A DNA stretch of 64,000 nt from Escherichia phage IrisVonRoten, in sequence record MZ501075; one strand, 5' to 3'. The position numbers were made by a program, and so were the translations under genes. This document shows, piece by piece, positions 46,254 to 55,358 of this stretch; the first letter of the stretch is position 1; each line of letters starts with the position of its first letter. The notes under the pieces are model-generated. The model searched no databases and had not been told where the DNA came from. It worked only from the letters and a program-made list of their open reading frames with translations.

Positions 46254-46454
46254 ATGGCTGATTTCTGCAAACAATGCTCCATTGATATGTGGGGCAGAGA
46301 TACTGGTGACTTAGCTGGTCTGATTACAGAAGCCGAAGTCAAAGAAGGTTATGGTGCAGTTGTGGTTTGCGAAGGATGCGGAGTCATTCGAGTAGACCAT
46401 GAAGGTAAGCGCCTTGAAGAACCTGAGCCAATCGCAACGGTTCCTGTAGAGTGA
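46254..46454 (+). CDS. small Cys-rich (zinc-ribbon-like) protein
   Basis: CKQC...CEGC pairs. Confidence 0.5.
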   Translation: MADFCKQCSIDMWGRDTGDLAGLITEAEVKEGYGAVVVCEGCGVIRVDHEGKRLEEPEPIATVPVE

Positions 46455-46455
46455 A

Positions 46456-47037
46456 ATGAAATTAGAGAATTTTAAAGTAATCCCAGAATATCCAGAATAC
46501 TTAATCTCTCCATACGGAGAGGTTTACTCTACCAAGAGTAATAAATTACTTACACATCATTTAGGCAGTGCAGGATACCCGTTTGTAACGTTCTATGAAC
46601 AGGGTAAAAATGTTTCTGTTGTACTGCATAGATTATTGGCTAGAGTATTTAAAGATTTACCTTCGCTAGAATCTGAACTAGAGGTGGATCACAAAGATAG
46701 GAATAAATTGAACTTTGCCCTGGATAATCTAGTTGTCATGACCAAGGAAGATCACAGAGTAAAAACTACACTTGAAAGAGGACATATAATAGGTGGTAAC
46801 AAGTGCCCTTATTGTAGTAAACAAATAAATTCTTCAGCTAAAACTTGTTTTAATTGTAAACCTAAGAGTAACCCTGCTATTACAGCAGAGCAAATAGAAT
46901 ATTGGGTAATAAATTATTCGTGGGTTAAAGCATCAAAAGAGCTGGGACTATCTGATAATGGTCTACGTAAACGTTATAAATCCTTAACAGGTAAAGATCC
47001 AAAAAGTATTAAGAAGAAGGTTAGCCAAGTCGGTTAA
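46456..47037 (+). CDS. HNH homing endonuclease
   Basis: LEVDHKDRNKLNFALDNL HNH core; C-terminal zinc ribbon; 3' end overlaps tRNA-Gln. Confidence 0.7.
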   Translation: MKLENFKVIPEYPEYLISPYGEVYSTKSNKLLTHHLGSAGYPFVTFYEQGKNVSVVLHRLLARVFKDLPSLESELEVDHKDRNKLNFALDNLVVMTKEDHRVKTTLERGHIIGGNKCPYCSKQINSSAKTCFNCKPKSNPAITAEQIEYWVINYSWVKASKELGLSDNGLRKRYKSLTGKDPKSIKKKVSQVG

Positions 47038-47090
47038 GGCTGGGGTCTCTGAAATCCTGATCAGTGGTTCAAATCCACTACCTTCTGCCA
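47015..47090 (+). tRNA. tRNA-Gln (anticodon CUG)
   Basis: Acceptor AGAAGGT/ACCTTCT, anticodon loop CTCTGAA, T-loop TTCAAAT. Confidence 0.7.
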
Positions 47091-47096
47091 AACAAT

Positions 47097-47174
47097 TGGG
47101 GATTAGCTTAGCTTGGCCTAAAGCTTCGGCCTTTGAAGTCGAGATCATTGGTTCAAATCCAATATCCCCTGCCA
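47097..47174 (+). tRNA. tRNA-Gln (anticodon UUG)
   Basis: D-stem GCTT/AAGC, anticodon loop CTTTGAA, T-arm ATTGG-TTCAAAT-CCAAT; U1-U72 mismatch. Confidence 0.6.
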
Positions 47175-47185
47175 GCCAAATTAAT

Positions 47186-47260
47186 GCGTGATTAGTTCAG
47201 TGGCTAGAATAACTGGCTTCCAACCAGTAGACACGAGTTCGACTCTCGTATCCCGCACCA
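47186..47260 (+). tRNA. tRNA-Gly (anticodon UCC)
   Basis: Acceptor GCGTGAT/ATCCCGC, anticodon stem ACTGG/CCAGT loop CTTCCAA, T-loop TTCGACT. Confidence 0.75.
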
Positions 47261-47274
47261 AATAAGGAATCTCT

Positions 47275-47526
47275 ATGCACGTTTTTGAGTTTCGTAATAA
47301 AAGTACCGATAAACGAGTTATCATTATTGGGGAAACATACCGAGCTTATGAACAAACTGACGGCTCTGTTATCTTGAATGATGAAAAAGGAGGTTTTAGC
47401 TTTTATCCAGAAGAACCTTACGAAGAGTTTCGAAAACAATTTAACCTAGACTGGAGAAAGCATTTAAACACTGTTGCTTCATCTGTAGTATTGCCAACTA
47501 CCAGTACTGTACTCTCTAATGGCTGA
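47275..47526 (+). CDS. hypothetical protein
   Basis: 83-aa ORF after AAGGAAT SD. Confidence 0.5.
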   Translation: MHVFEFRNKSTDKRVIIIGETYRAYEQTDGSVILNDEKGGFSFYPEEPYEEFRKQFNLDWRKHLNTVASSVVLPTTSTVLSNG

Positions 47527-47683
47527 CAACCTAAAAGTAAAGATTGATAAACAAAAGAAACGTGTAGAAGTAGAGATTGGTGAAGAACGTGTTGCCTTTA
47601 CTTTTGAATTTCTACAGCAAATGGCAATGACAGTTATGACTGATAAGTCCCCTGTTATTGAAAAAGAAATCCCGTTGAAATAA
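47519..47683 (+). CDS. hypothetical small protein (54 aa)
   Basis: ATG overlapping previous stop; followed by hairpin. Confidence 0.3.
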   Translation: MADNLKVKIDKQKKRVEVEIGEERVAFTFEFLQQMAMTVMTDKSPVIEKEIPLK

Positions 47684-47693
47684 CGGGATTATC

Positions 47694-47768
47694 GCTCCTA
47701 AAGCATTGCTGGCGATGCAGTTGCCTTGTAAGCATCTGAACCGGGTTCGATTCCTGGTGGGAGCACCA
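47694..47768 (+). tRNA. tRNA-Thr (anticodon UGU)
   Basis: Acceptor GCTCCTA/TGGGAGC, D-stem GCAT/ATGC, anticodon loop CTTGTAA, T-loop TTCGATT. Confidence 0.7.
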
Positions 47769-47783
47769 AATTTAAAAATTCAT

Positions 47784-47812
47784 TTGCTTTCTCTCTTATT
47801 TATCGCTATAAT
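47784..47812 (+). promoter_or_regulatory. T5-type early promoter
   Basis: TTGCTT, 17-bp spacer, TATAAT. Confidence 0.7.
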
Positions 47813-47842
47813 ATTTATATAAATTAATGAGAGGGAAACCAA

Positions 47843-48136
47843 ATGAAACGTTATCTTTCTGTAGTATTCCAAACTGGTGGCCAAAGATACACCTATGAAT
47901 TTCCATCTTCTTGGAAAATCAAAGAGGGTGATCAAGTAGTAGTGCTAACACCGCGTGAAGAGTATAAAGTAGTAACGGTTAAACAAGTATTTCCAAAAGA
48001 TCATGAACCAGCTAAAGGCATCCGCTATAAGATGATTCATGGTGTGGTTCGTCAAGTACCACGAACTGAGGTAGAAGTAGATAAGACTGGAGAAGCTAAA
48101 TTTCATTATACTTCTTACCTAAACGAGAGGCGATAA
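47843..48136 (+). CDS. hypothetical protein
   Basis: 97-aa ORF. Confidence 0.6.
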   Translation: MKRYLSVVFQTGGQRYTYEFPSSWKIKEGDQVVVLTPREEYKVVTVKQVFPKDHEPAKGIRYKMIHGVVRQVPRTEVEVDKTGEAKFHYTSYLNERR

Positions 48137-48342
48137 TGAGAATTTCTTTTACAGAAAAGATCATGAGTAATGGTGTTATGATCATTACCGCGTGGGATGG
48201 TAATCAGTGGTGCAGTATTTCAGGTATTAAGCCTGCAGATCAAACACCTGAAAACATCCGTAAAGTAAAACGAAAGATGGCGGAATGTGCCCGACTTCCC
48301 GGTGCGCCTAGAAATGGTAAACGTTCTACAATTAAATGTTAA
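48136..48342 (+). CDS. hypothetical small protein
   Basis: 68-aa ORF, ATGA overlap with upstream gene. Confidence 0.5.
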   Translation: MRISFTEKIMSNGVMIITAWDGNQWCSISGIKPADQTPENIRKVKRKMAECARLPGAPRNGKRSTIKC

Positions 48343-48343
48343 T

Positions 48344-48420
48344 GCTTCGGTAGCTTAGCGATCTAAAGCACTCGGCCGATAACCGAGAGATCGGGGGTTT
48401 AAATCCCTCCCGGAGTACCA
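48344..48420 (+). tRNA. tRNA-Ile (anticodon GAU), C33 in anticodon loop
   Basis: Acceptor GCTTCGG/CCGGAGT, anticodon stem CTCGG/CCGAG loop CCGATAA, T-arm GGGGG-TTTAAAT-CCCTC. Confidence 0.65.
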
Positions 48421-48516
48421 AATTTAGGAATTAAGACTATGCGTCCAGGAAAGTTTAAAAAAGCTAATTGGTCTATAGAGTATAAAGAATACTTACTTAG
48501 TCTAATAAAACATAAT

Positions 48517-48592
48517 AGTTAGTTGGCAGAGTGGTTATGCACCTCCTTCATACGGAGCGACTACAGTGGTTCAAATCCACTACTAACTACCA
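48517..48592 (+). tRNA. tRNA-Met (anticodon CAU), second copy
   Basis: Acceptor AGTTAGT/ACTAACT, anticodon loop TTCATAC, T-loop TTCAAAT. Confidence 0.65.
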
Positions 48593-48629
48593 TTAACAGA
48601 GCTAGAGATAGCTAAATATAGGAGCAATT

Positions 48630-48824
48630 ATGTTAACAGTTAAAATAATGTCCACTGATGGTGGTGAGCAGATTCATGTTGGTAAAAGCGTAGGGTTTAA
48701 TCCCAGAAATAAAAGCATAGCTATTTCTGGAATAGATCAAGCAATCTTCTTAAAAGAAGATGAAGTAGCATACGTTATGAACCAAACTGGTAAGACAGTT
48801 TCTGTATATCGTGGTAAACTATAA
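48630..48824 (+). CDS. hypothetical small protein
   Basis: 64-aa ORF after AGGAG SD. Confidence 0.5.
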   Translation: MLTVKIMSTDGGEQIHVGKSVGFNPRNKSIAISGIDQAIFLKEDEVAYVMNQTGKTVSVYRGKL

Positions 48825-48866
48825 AGAATAAAGAGCTGAGCCAATTTCTAACATCGGGGAGAGCTA

Positions 48867-49235
48867 ATGAAAGCATATCAAAATCTTAAGTCTGGCGTAA
48901 TTAATCTTGTTCATGATAATCAGATTATTCAACTATACTCTAAAGATGGTGAACTTAAACAAAAAGTTCTGGTTGAGGATCTAGAAGGTATCACACCACA
49001 TTTTGACCCCGAATCCTTCCGTGAAGTCAAGGTGGAAGTAGTTCCTCAAATCGAGGGAGGTCAGCACCTAAATGTCAATGTGTTAAGTCGTGATCAGCTT
49101 TTGGATGCACAGAAACATCCTGAAAAATACCCTCAATTAACTATCCGTGTTTCAGGGTATGCTGTACGTTTTAACTCACTGACGCGTGAACAGCAGAACG
49201 ACGTTATTAGTCGTACATTTACTCAGGCGATGTAA
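48867..49235 (+). CDS. hypothetical protein
   Basis: 122-aa ORF. Confidence 0.6.
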   Translation: MKAYQNLKSGVINLVHDNQIIQLYSKDGELKQKVLVEDLEGITPHFDPESFREVKVEVVPQIEGGQHLNVNVLSRDQLLDAQKHPEKYPQLTIRVSGYAVRFNSLTREQQNDVISRTFTQAM

Positions 49236-49316
49236 TGGGGCTTGGATACGGTTTCTACGAACTACGTAAGGTAGTCGAGCAAACTCCATTTATCTCCCAA
49301 GTTTTAGGAGAAATGT

Positions 49317-49631
49317 GTGGATCGAGCATTAAGACGTCATCACCGGCAACGTGTAAAGAATAACCGCAAGAAGTATTGGACAGTCTTCCCACATGAAGAA
49401 AGCCCTAAACGGTTAGGTATTATCACTACTACTCCTTGTATCTGTTCTTGTTGGATGTGCGGGAATCCTCGCAAACACTTTAAGAATAGTAAAGCAGGGA
49501 TGAAAACCTCGGAGATTAGGAAAATGGAAGCAATGATTACGGATATTTCAAATGATGAATTTGATGGCTTCGTAGGATTCGGAGAAGGAATTAGCTCAGG
49601 CTGTTTCGAAGATGACCACCCCGATCTGTAA
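49317..49631 (+). CDS. hypothetical basic Cys-rich protein
   Basis: 104-aa ORF followed by rho-independent terminator. Confidence 0.5.
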   Translation: MDRALRRHHRQRVKNNRKKYWTVFPHEESPKRLGIITTTPCICSCWMCGNPRKHFKNSKAGMKTSEIRKMEAMITDISNDEFDGFVGFGEGISSGCFEDDHPDL

Positions 49632-49640
49632 TTAATAACA

Positions 49641-49686
49641 AACCCCAGCTATTGAATAAGTAGTCTGGGGTTTTTCTATATACAGG
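49641..49686 (+). terminator. rho-independent terminator
   Basis: AACCCCAG...CTGGGGTT hairpin + TTTTTCT. Confidence 0.7.
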
Positions 49687-49752
49687 TAAATAATTTATGT
49701 ATAATAAAATTCATCCACATTAGGTTAATTTAAAAGACTTAATGGAGGTAAT

Positions 49753-50100
49753 ATGAGCCGTACTTATCGTAAACAATCTGGTGATCAGTGGTGGAAGTCT
49801 AAAGAACAATTCTCTCAAGAATATTCTTTCCTCAAAGAAAATGGCTACTGGATTCGTGTTACTTATGCTAAATCCTGGGACGACATCAAAAAAGAAATGA
49901 AGGAAGCAACCATTCGTAATGAGAAAAAGGATGGTTATAGCTGGAATTCTGTTAGTAAGAATGTTAAGTGGCATTCTAATAAAATGGTTCGTCAAGGAAA
50001 TCGTCAAGAACTCCACCGCGTGATGAAAGATCCAGAAAATTACGACTATAATCGCGATCATGACATGCGTAAGCGTGGATTATGGTGGTGCTATGACTAA
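49753..50100 (+). CDS. hypothetical protein
   Basis: 115-aa ORF. Confidence 0.6.
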   Translation: MSRTYRKQSGDQWWKSKEQFSQEYSFLKENGYWIRVTYAKSWDDIKKEMKEATIRNEKKDGYSWNSVSKNVKWHSNKMVRQGNRQELHRVMKDPENYDYNRDHDMRKRGLWWCYD

Positions 50101-50117
50101 ATTCTGAAATAATTCAT

Positions 50118-50146
50118 TTGCTAAACCTCTCTTTTCTTGCTATAAT
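50118..50146 (+). promoter_or_regulatory. T5-type early promoter
   Basis: TTGCTA, 17-bp spacer, TATAAT. Confidence 0.7.
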
Positions 50147-50176
50147 ATATTTATAAATTGATGAGAGAGGTTTGAA

Positions 50177-50458
50177 ATGAAAACTCGTCTAGACTGTGCC
50201 ATTCATGTTCTTGAACATGATGTTGCGGGAACCTGTATGTCTTACCACGAAGCAGGTCGTTTAATTAAAGAACGTGTGGCAGATGTGTGCGGATTGAAGA
50301 TTACTGCTGAGGAAGCTGATGATCTTTTAGGTCAAGCACTGGAGAAAACCGAAATGTTTCTCTGCGATTCTTGTTCTTGGTGGTGTGAAGCTCACGAACA
50401 TTCTTTCAACGATTATGATGTATGTCGTGATTGTAGTGGGGAGGATGAAGATGAATAA
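50177..50458 (+). CDS. Cys-rich small protein (putative zinc binding)
   Basis: CDSCSWWC and CRDCSG motifs. Confidence 0.5.
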   Translation: MKTRLDCAIHVLEHDVAGTCMSYHEAGRLIKERVADVCGLKITAEEADDLLGQALEKTEMFLCDSCSWWCEAHEHSFNDYDVCRDCSGEDEDE

Positions 50459-50747
50459 GTTTATTATTGCACTGATGATCTCCGCAGTTAGTTTCGGTTC
50501 TCTGGCATCTACCAAAGTTTCTATGAAAAATGGTAATGTTAAAGTCCAACAGAACGGCATTATTACCGAGTATGGTAAAGTTCGTGATGTTAAAGAACGT
50601 AATGGTAAAGTAGAGGTATACACTAACAAAAATTTCTCTACACCAGCAGTAACTATTCACCGTAATGGTAATATTACTACCCAGCGTTCGAACAATTCAG
50701 ACTCCTTCACTTGCCGTTACGACTGTGATATTGAGATGGAAGAATGA
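50451..50747 (+). CDS. secreted small protein with signal peptide
   Basis: MNKFIIALMISAVSFGSLAS signal peptide; ATG after GAGGATGAAG. Confidence 0.5.
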   Translation: MNKFIIALMISAVSFGSLASTKVSMKNGNVKVQQNGIITEYGKVRDVKERNGKVEVYTNKNFSTPAVTIHRNGNITTQRSNNSDSFTCRYDCDIEMEE

Positions 50748-51253
50748 TTACACAAGAAAGGTTAAAAGAACTGCTGATATATGATCCAGAAACAGGATTA
50801 TTTTCTAGACGTCTAAAAAGTGGTAGAATAAAACCTATAAATAATAAGCCTAATAACTATGGGTATATTCAGATTAGAGTTGGAGATGGACACAGGGAAC
50901 TAGCGCATAGATTAGCCTTCTTGTTTATGGAAGGGTATATTCCTGAATTTGTTGATCATATCAATAGAATTAGGGATGATAATAGGTGGAGTAATCTCAG
51001 AGATAGTTCTAGGCAGGAAAATAATAGAAATAGGACTGCTACTAGCAATTCGGGATACTTAGGAGTATCTTGGGATACTCATCTCCAGAAAGGGAGAGTT
51101 TATACTAATAATAACGAAGGTATTAGAGTTTACGGTGGTCTATTCGATTATGAAGACTTAGAATCTGCAGTATACAAAGCTAATGGATTACGATTAGAAT
51201 TGCACGGAACTCTAGCAGTCATCGAAGAGTTTAATGGGTTTCCTAAAGAATAA
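50744..51253 (+). CDS. HNH homing endonuclease, paralogue 1 of 3
   Basis: N-terminal ITQERLKELL shared with 58152 and 62102 ORFs; HRLAFLFMEGYIPEFVDHINRIRDDNRWSNL core. Confidence 0.7.
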   Translation: MITQERLKELLIYDPETGLFSRRLKSGRIKPINNKPNNYGYIQIRVGDGHRELAHRLAFLFMEGYIPEFVDHINRIRDDNRWSNLRDSSRQENNRNRTATSNSGYLGVSWDTHLQKGRVYTNNNEGIRVYGGLFDYEDLESAVYKANGLRLELHGTLAVIEEFNGFPKE

Positions 51254-51563
51254 CAGAGAGAAGAACGTGAAAAGACTAAACATCAATAGCACAGTGCAGA
51301 TTCCAGCAACTAAGGATGTTTTAACATTCCTACGTAGTGAAAACGCTCAGTTTTGGCATGACTATATTCAGGAAAATAAAAATAATCCAGGTGTAGTTGC
51401 CTTTGCCAAAAAACGTATCGAAGAATATAAAGATCCAGAGATTAAAGATGGGATGATTACTATGCAATTGTGGGTAGCCATGAATACGTTTGGACCCACT
51501 ATGAGTCTAGGAGTTACTCCACTGTTTACTAATATTCTAATTAATGAAAAGGATCTGAAATGA
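51234..51563 (+). CDS. hypothetical protein
   Basis: 109-aa ORF; start uncertain. Confidence 0.45.
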   Translation: MGFLKNNREKNVKRLNINSTVQIPATKDVLTFLRSENAQFWHDYIQENKNNPGVVAFAKKRIEEYKDPEIKDGMITMQLWVAMNTFGPTMSLGVTPLFTNILINEKDLK

Positions 51564-51844
51564 TTATTTCTCCGTTTGCTCTTTGGTTCGTCATTGGCTC
51601 TGTGGTTGCTATTTACAGCTGTGTTGACGATGTGTTCTTCTCGAAAAACAAGGCTGTATTATTAGAGCATCTGTGGCGAACTTCCCCAGATACTTTAATC
51701 TTCTTTGGTGCGGAAAAGGGATACAAGATCGCCCTAGTGATGTTTATTATAATTGACACATTATTAGGGCCAGTAGCTCTCTACGGATTCTATCGTAAAA
51801 CCCGCAAGATGAAACAACTCGAAGCTAAATACTTTGGGAAGTAA
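51560..51844 (+). CDS. hypothetical membrane protein
   Basis: Two hydrophobic segments. Confidence 0.5.
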   Translation: MIISPFALWFVIGSVVAIYSCVDDVFFSKNKAVLLEHLWRTSPDTLIFFGAEKGYKIALVMFIIIDTLLGPVALYGFYRKTRKMKQLEAKYFGK

Positions 51845-51954
51845 AGAACTCGCGTAGGACCGAGTTGCGTCACCTGCAACTGTTACGGATAAGGGAGTCG
51901 TGCCCCTTAGTGCGGTAAGTGGTGAGGTTGCTGCTAGCACTAACTGGAGATAAT

Positions 51955-52299
51955 ATGAGCTTTATTTTATTCATTGTAGCAGCATGGTTTATTATTGGTT
52001 TAGGCTATGCTATTGCAGTTATTCGTCATCTGGATGAATATTCTGCTGAATGGTTTATTAAGTACCTACGTTTAGACGATCAAGAATACGAGTTCGACAG
52101 TGATGAGGAAAGGCAGGCTGTCCAGTCAATGACTCCCAAAGAATGCTTGCTCTACATGCGTGTAATTGGTTTCTTTGGACTGTTGGTAGCAGGACCGCTA
52201 GGTCTTACTATTGCTCCTTACAAAGAAGTTATTGACGACATTAAACTATGGAGAACCGCTGGATCGCTACGCAAAGCTAGAGAAACTAATATTACATAA
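51955..52299 (+). CDS. hypothetical membrane protein
   Basis: Start moved to ATG after GGAGA SD; followed by terminator hairpin. Confidence 0.5.
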   Translation: MSFILFIVAAWFIIGLGYAIAVIRHLDEYSAEWFIKYLRLDDQEYEFDSDEERQAVQSMTPKECLLYMRVIGFFGLLVAGPLGLTIAPYKEVIDDIKLWRTAGSLRKARETNIT

Positions 52300-52392
52300 G
52301 ATTGACACTAAGTCAACTTACTAGCAAAAGCAAATAATGACAAAGCCCAGCCTGCACTTTTGCGACTGGGCTATTTTTATAATAAAATTTTA

Positions 52393-52421
52393 GTTGCTTA
52401 GATGCCCAAACTTTTGTATAA
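52393..52421 (+). promoter_or_regulatory. T5-type early promoter
   Basis: TTGCTT, 17-bp spacer, TATAAT. Confidence 0.7.
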
Positions 52422-52453
52422 TATGTTTATAGATTGAGGCAAGAGGATTAAAT

Positions 52454-53152
52454 ATGAGGATTATTTCTAAGTTCTCCGATGTGTATGATTTGCAGAACAG
52501 TTTGTTTGACCCCGATCGTGTTTGGGAGCGTAAAACTGAAGAGTTACTGGTTAAGGTAACTGATGATGCAGAAAAGAACATTGTGCATACTCGCCAAGTA
52601 TTTCGTGAAGGTTCACTATCTTTCCGTGGCGACTTCGAATACTTTGTAAACCCACTGTTTGTTGCAGGTGAAGTTTACTGGTTACACGAGTTGTACTGCT
52701 GGCATCCAGCGTTTAGCTTTAAAACGTTCGACCTCGACACTATGTTCGATAAAATGAAAGAGATGGGATTGCATGCTCGCTCTTACTTAATGGATAAGAG
52801 TCGCGGAGATGTTCGTGAAACAATGCGTGATCTGCTAGCTGAAGCAAAACCTAAAGCAGAACGTATCTTATCCGAACTACGTGTACCGATTGCATATGTG
52901 AAAGGTATTAAGAAGAACGATAACGATGATGTTCGTAACTTCGTGATTCAGACTAACATTCGTTTTCATCAGTCAGGTATTCCGTGGCAGGAAATTGAAA
53001 GTAACTTATACCGTTTACACCAGATGATCGAGCAATATATCTGGGGCGTGTTAGGAACCGGTGAACCAAATACCATTACGATTTCCGATAAGGATCGCTT
53101 AGCTGCACATGGATTTGATACTGTTACTTCTTTTAGGAATATGAAAAGATGA
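52454..53152 (+). CDS. hypothetical protein
   Basis: 232-aa ORF. Confidence 0.6.
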   Translation: MRIISKFSDVYDLQNSLFDPDRVWERKTEELLVKVTDDAEKNIVHTRQVFREGSLSFRGDFEYFVNPLFVAGEVYWLHELYCWHPAFSFKTFDLDTMFDKMKEMGLHARSYLMDKSRGDVRETMRDLLAEAKPKAERILSELRVPIAYVKGIKKNDNDDVRNFVIQTNIRFHQSGIPWQEIESNLYRLHQMIEQYIWGVLGTGEPNTITISDKDRLAAHGFDTVTSFRNMKR

Positions 53153-53574
53153 TAAAAAACTTTATTAGTTCTCTATGGCAAGGTAAATGGTATATCCTGG
53201 GAGCAGGTCTAGCGATAGGCATCGGGTTCGGTGCTTATCACTTAGTAAATAAAGTGGAGACTTTGGCGGGAGATCTTGCGGTAGCTACTAAAAAGATTTC
53301 TTCTCTAGAGACTTCCCTTAATAAGGTGAAAGCTGAAAGCGAGCTTCGTGAGACTAGAATGAATCAGTATTTCACTATGAATAATATTTCGCAAGCAGAT
53401 CTAGACAAAAAGATTAAGCAGTTAGATAAAGCTCTTAGTCGACAAGATATTATAGCTGCAAAGCCTGGATTGGTAACATTAATTGCTAAAAAGCAGAGTA
53501 AAGAGTTCGAGGAAAGATTAGCATGTCTTTCTGGTAGCCTGGAATACTGTGGGAATGAGCATAAAAATAAATAA
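53149..53574 (+). CDS. hypothetical membrane-anchored coiled-coil protein
   Basis: N-terminal TM segment then coiled coil. Confidence 0.5.
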   Translation: MIKNFISSLWQGKWYILGAGLAIGIGFGAYHLVNKVETLAGDLAVATKKISSLETSLNKVKAESELRETRMNQYFTMNNISQADLDKKIKQLDKALSRQDIIAAKPGLVTLIAKKQSKEFEERLACLSGSLEYCGNEHKNK

Positions 53575-54253
53575 AGAAATCTTTAATAATGATTTAGAAG
53601 CTCAGGGCAGAACAGTAAGATTAGTTGGAGAGTATAAGCATAATAAGACAAAAGCACAATTTAAGTGCCTTATATGTTCTAATATATGGTTAACAGCCCC
53701 TACAAATGTTAGGAATAAGGGTAGAGGGTGTCCAAAGTGTGCTGGCAATGAAAAATTAACCAAAGATAAGATTAACTTACTTCTTAGTCCTAGAAAAATC
53801 ACATTACTAAGTGAATATACTAATTCTGCTTCTAAGTTAAAATTTTTATGTAATACGTGCTCCCATCAATGGGAGACAACTACCAACCATGTTTTACATG
53901 GTAGTGGTTGCCCAAATTGTGCTAAAACAGCTTGGGATACTCAAGGATTTTTATACATATTTATATCTGATAAAGGTATAAAAATAGGAATAAGTAAGAA
54001 TGTACAAAAGAGACTTTTAGAAGTTAGGTCTTGCAGTGGATTTAAAGACTTGAGAATACTATCTTACTATCTTTGTGGTAATGGTTCAAAAGAAGAAACA
54101 GCTAAAATAGAAGCTGACCTACATAGTATCTATAAAGCTAAAAGATGCAATTATACAGGGTTTAGTGGTAGTACAGAGTTTTTCAATGTTCCCCCAAAAG
54201 AAGTAGAACAGTATATAGAAGCACATTATGAGGTGCGTAAATGCGCAAAATAA
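53549..54253 (+). CDS. T5orf172-domain (GIY-YIG-like) protein with zinc ribbons
   Basis: CPKCAG and CPNCAK ribbons; GFLYIFISDKGIKIGIS motif. Confidence 0.55.
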   Translation: MGMSIKINKEIFNNDLEAQGRTVRLVGEYKHNKTKAQFKCLICSNIWLTAPTNVRNKGRGCPKCAGNEKLTKDKINLLLSPRKITLLSEYTNSASKLKFLCNTCSHQWETTTNHVLHGSGCPNCAKTAWDTQGFLYIFISDKGIKIGISKNVQKRLLEVRSCSGFKDLRILSYYLCGNGSKEETAKIEADLHSIYKAKRCNYTGFSGSTEFFNVPPKEVEQYIEAHYEVRKCAK

Positions 54254-54594
54254 AACTTGGAATACTGCTCGCAGCCGCAATCACAATCACAGGCTGTGCA
54301 CAAGAAATAAAGCCAGAACCTACACATGAGCTACCAACAGCCCATGTGGATTGGCCTAAAGGACTTCAGCCTTGTAGCTTTGATTTCAAATTCGAAAAGA
54401 AATTAGCTACAAATGGCGAAGATGGCGTAGTAGTTGTTGTACCATATAAAGATTGGAATATGTTGGCAAAATGCCGGGAGGCAGAATATTCATATATCTC
54501 ACGATTGACTAGTATGGTTTGCTTCTATCGCCAAGATTTACAAGAAAAACGTTGCTTAGTTTACTATCCACCCATTAACAATAGGAAAGATTAA
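54241..54594 (+). CDS. lipoprotein
   Basis: Signal peptide with lipobox ITGC. Confidence 0.55.
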   Translation: MRKIKLGILLAAAITITGCAQEIKPEPTHELPTAHVDWPKGLQPCSFDFKFEKKLATNGEDGVVVVVPYKDWNMLAKCREAEYSYISRLTSMVCFYRQDLQEKRCLVYYPPINNRKD

Positions 54595-55346
54595 TGTCAG
54601 TATTAGTAGGTCTGCATGGTGAAGCTGGTTCGGGAAAAGATACCGTTGCAAAATTAATTATCGATTGGTGTAATTACACGTATCCAACGTGTTTACCCCG
54701 TCGTTATAGTTTTGCTAAGCCCGTTTATGAACTTGCATCCGTAATCCTCGGTGTAACTCCAGAGTTTCTAGGAGAGCGCAGGGGAAAAGAGATTAACCAA
54801 TGGTTTACGGTCACACAATCTCAATTGGAGCGAGCTAGAGACGTATGGTTTAAATACGGTATCGATAAGTTTGAAGACTTCTCGTACGTTTGGCCAATTT
54901 TTGAGGAAAAATATCTTAATCCTCAACAACTTATCTCAGAGAATAAAGAAGACGGACTTTATAGTTTATTTATTTCTACGAGAAAAATGTTACAGCTCGT
55001 AGGAACAGAGCTAGGAAGGCAGCTGGTACATGAACGCATTTGGCTCATAATTCTGGAGCAATCCATCGCTAAAGACGACCCAGATGTCGCCGTAATAACA
55101 GATGTGAGATTCCCCAATGAAGGAGAGTTACTCAGAGAAACGAACCATTTAGATATGGATTCTTTACTAGTAAATGTAGTGCCCGCTGAGCAGAAGTTCA
55201 CTATTAAATCAGATCATCCATCTGAAAGTGGTATTCCTGCAAAATATATCACTCACGAATTAGTTAATAAATTCGATGGTATCAATAACCTTAAACTAGA
55301 AGTGTATAACTTCTGTGACTTAGAGCTAGAACCACTAGTTGGATAA
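54594..55346 (+). CDS. deoxynucleoside monophosphate kinase
   Basis: Walker A GEAGSGKDT near N-terminus. Confidence 0.7.
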   Translation: MSVLVGLHGEAGSGKDTVAKLIIDWCNYTYPTCLPRRYSFAKPVYELASVILGVTPEFLGERRGKEINQWFTVTQSQLERARDVWFKYGIDKFEDFSYVWPIFEEKYLNPQQLISENKEDGLYSLFISTRKMLQLVGTELGRQLVHERIWLIILEQSIAKDDPDVAVITDVRFPNEGELLRETNHLDMDSLLVNVVPAEQKFTIKSDHPSESGIPAKYITHELVNKFDGINNLKLEVYNFCDLELEPLVG

Positions 55347-55358
55347 TCAAGGATCGCT

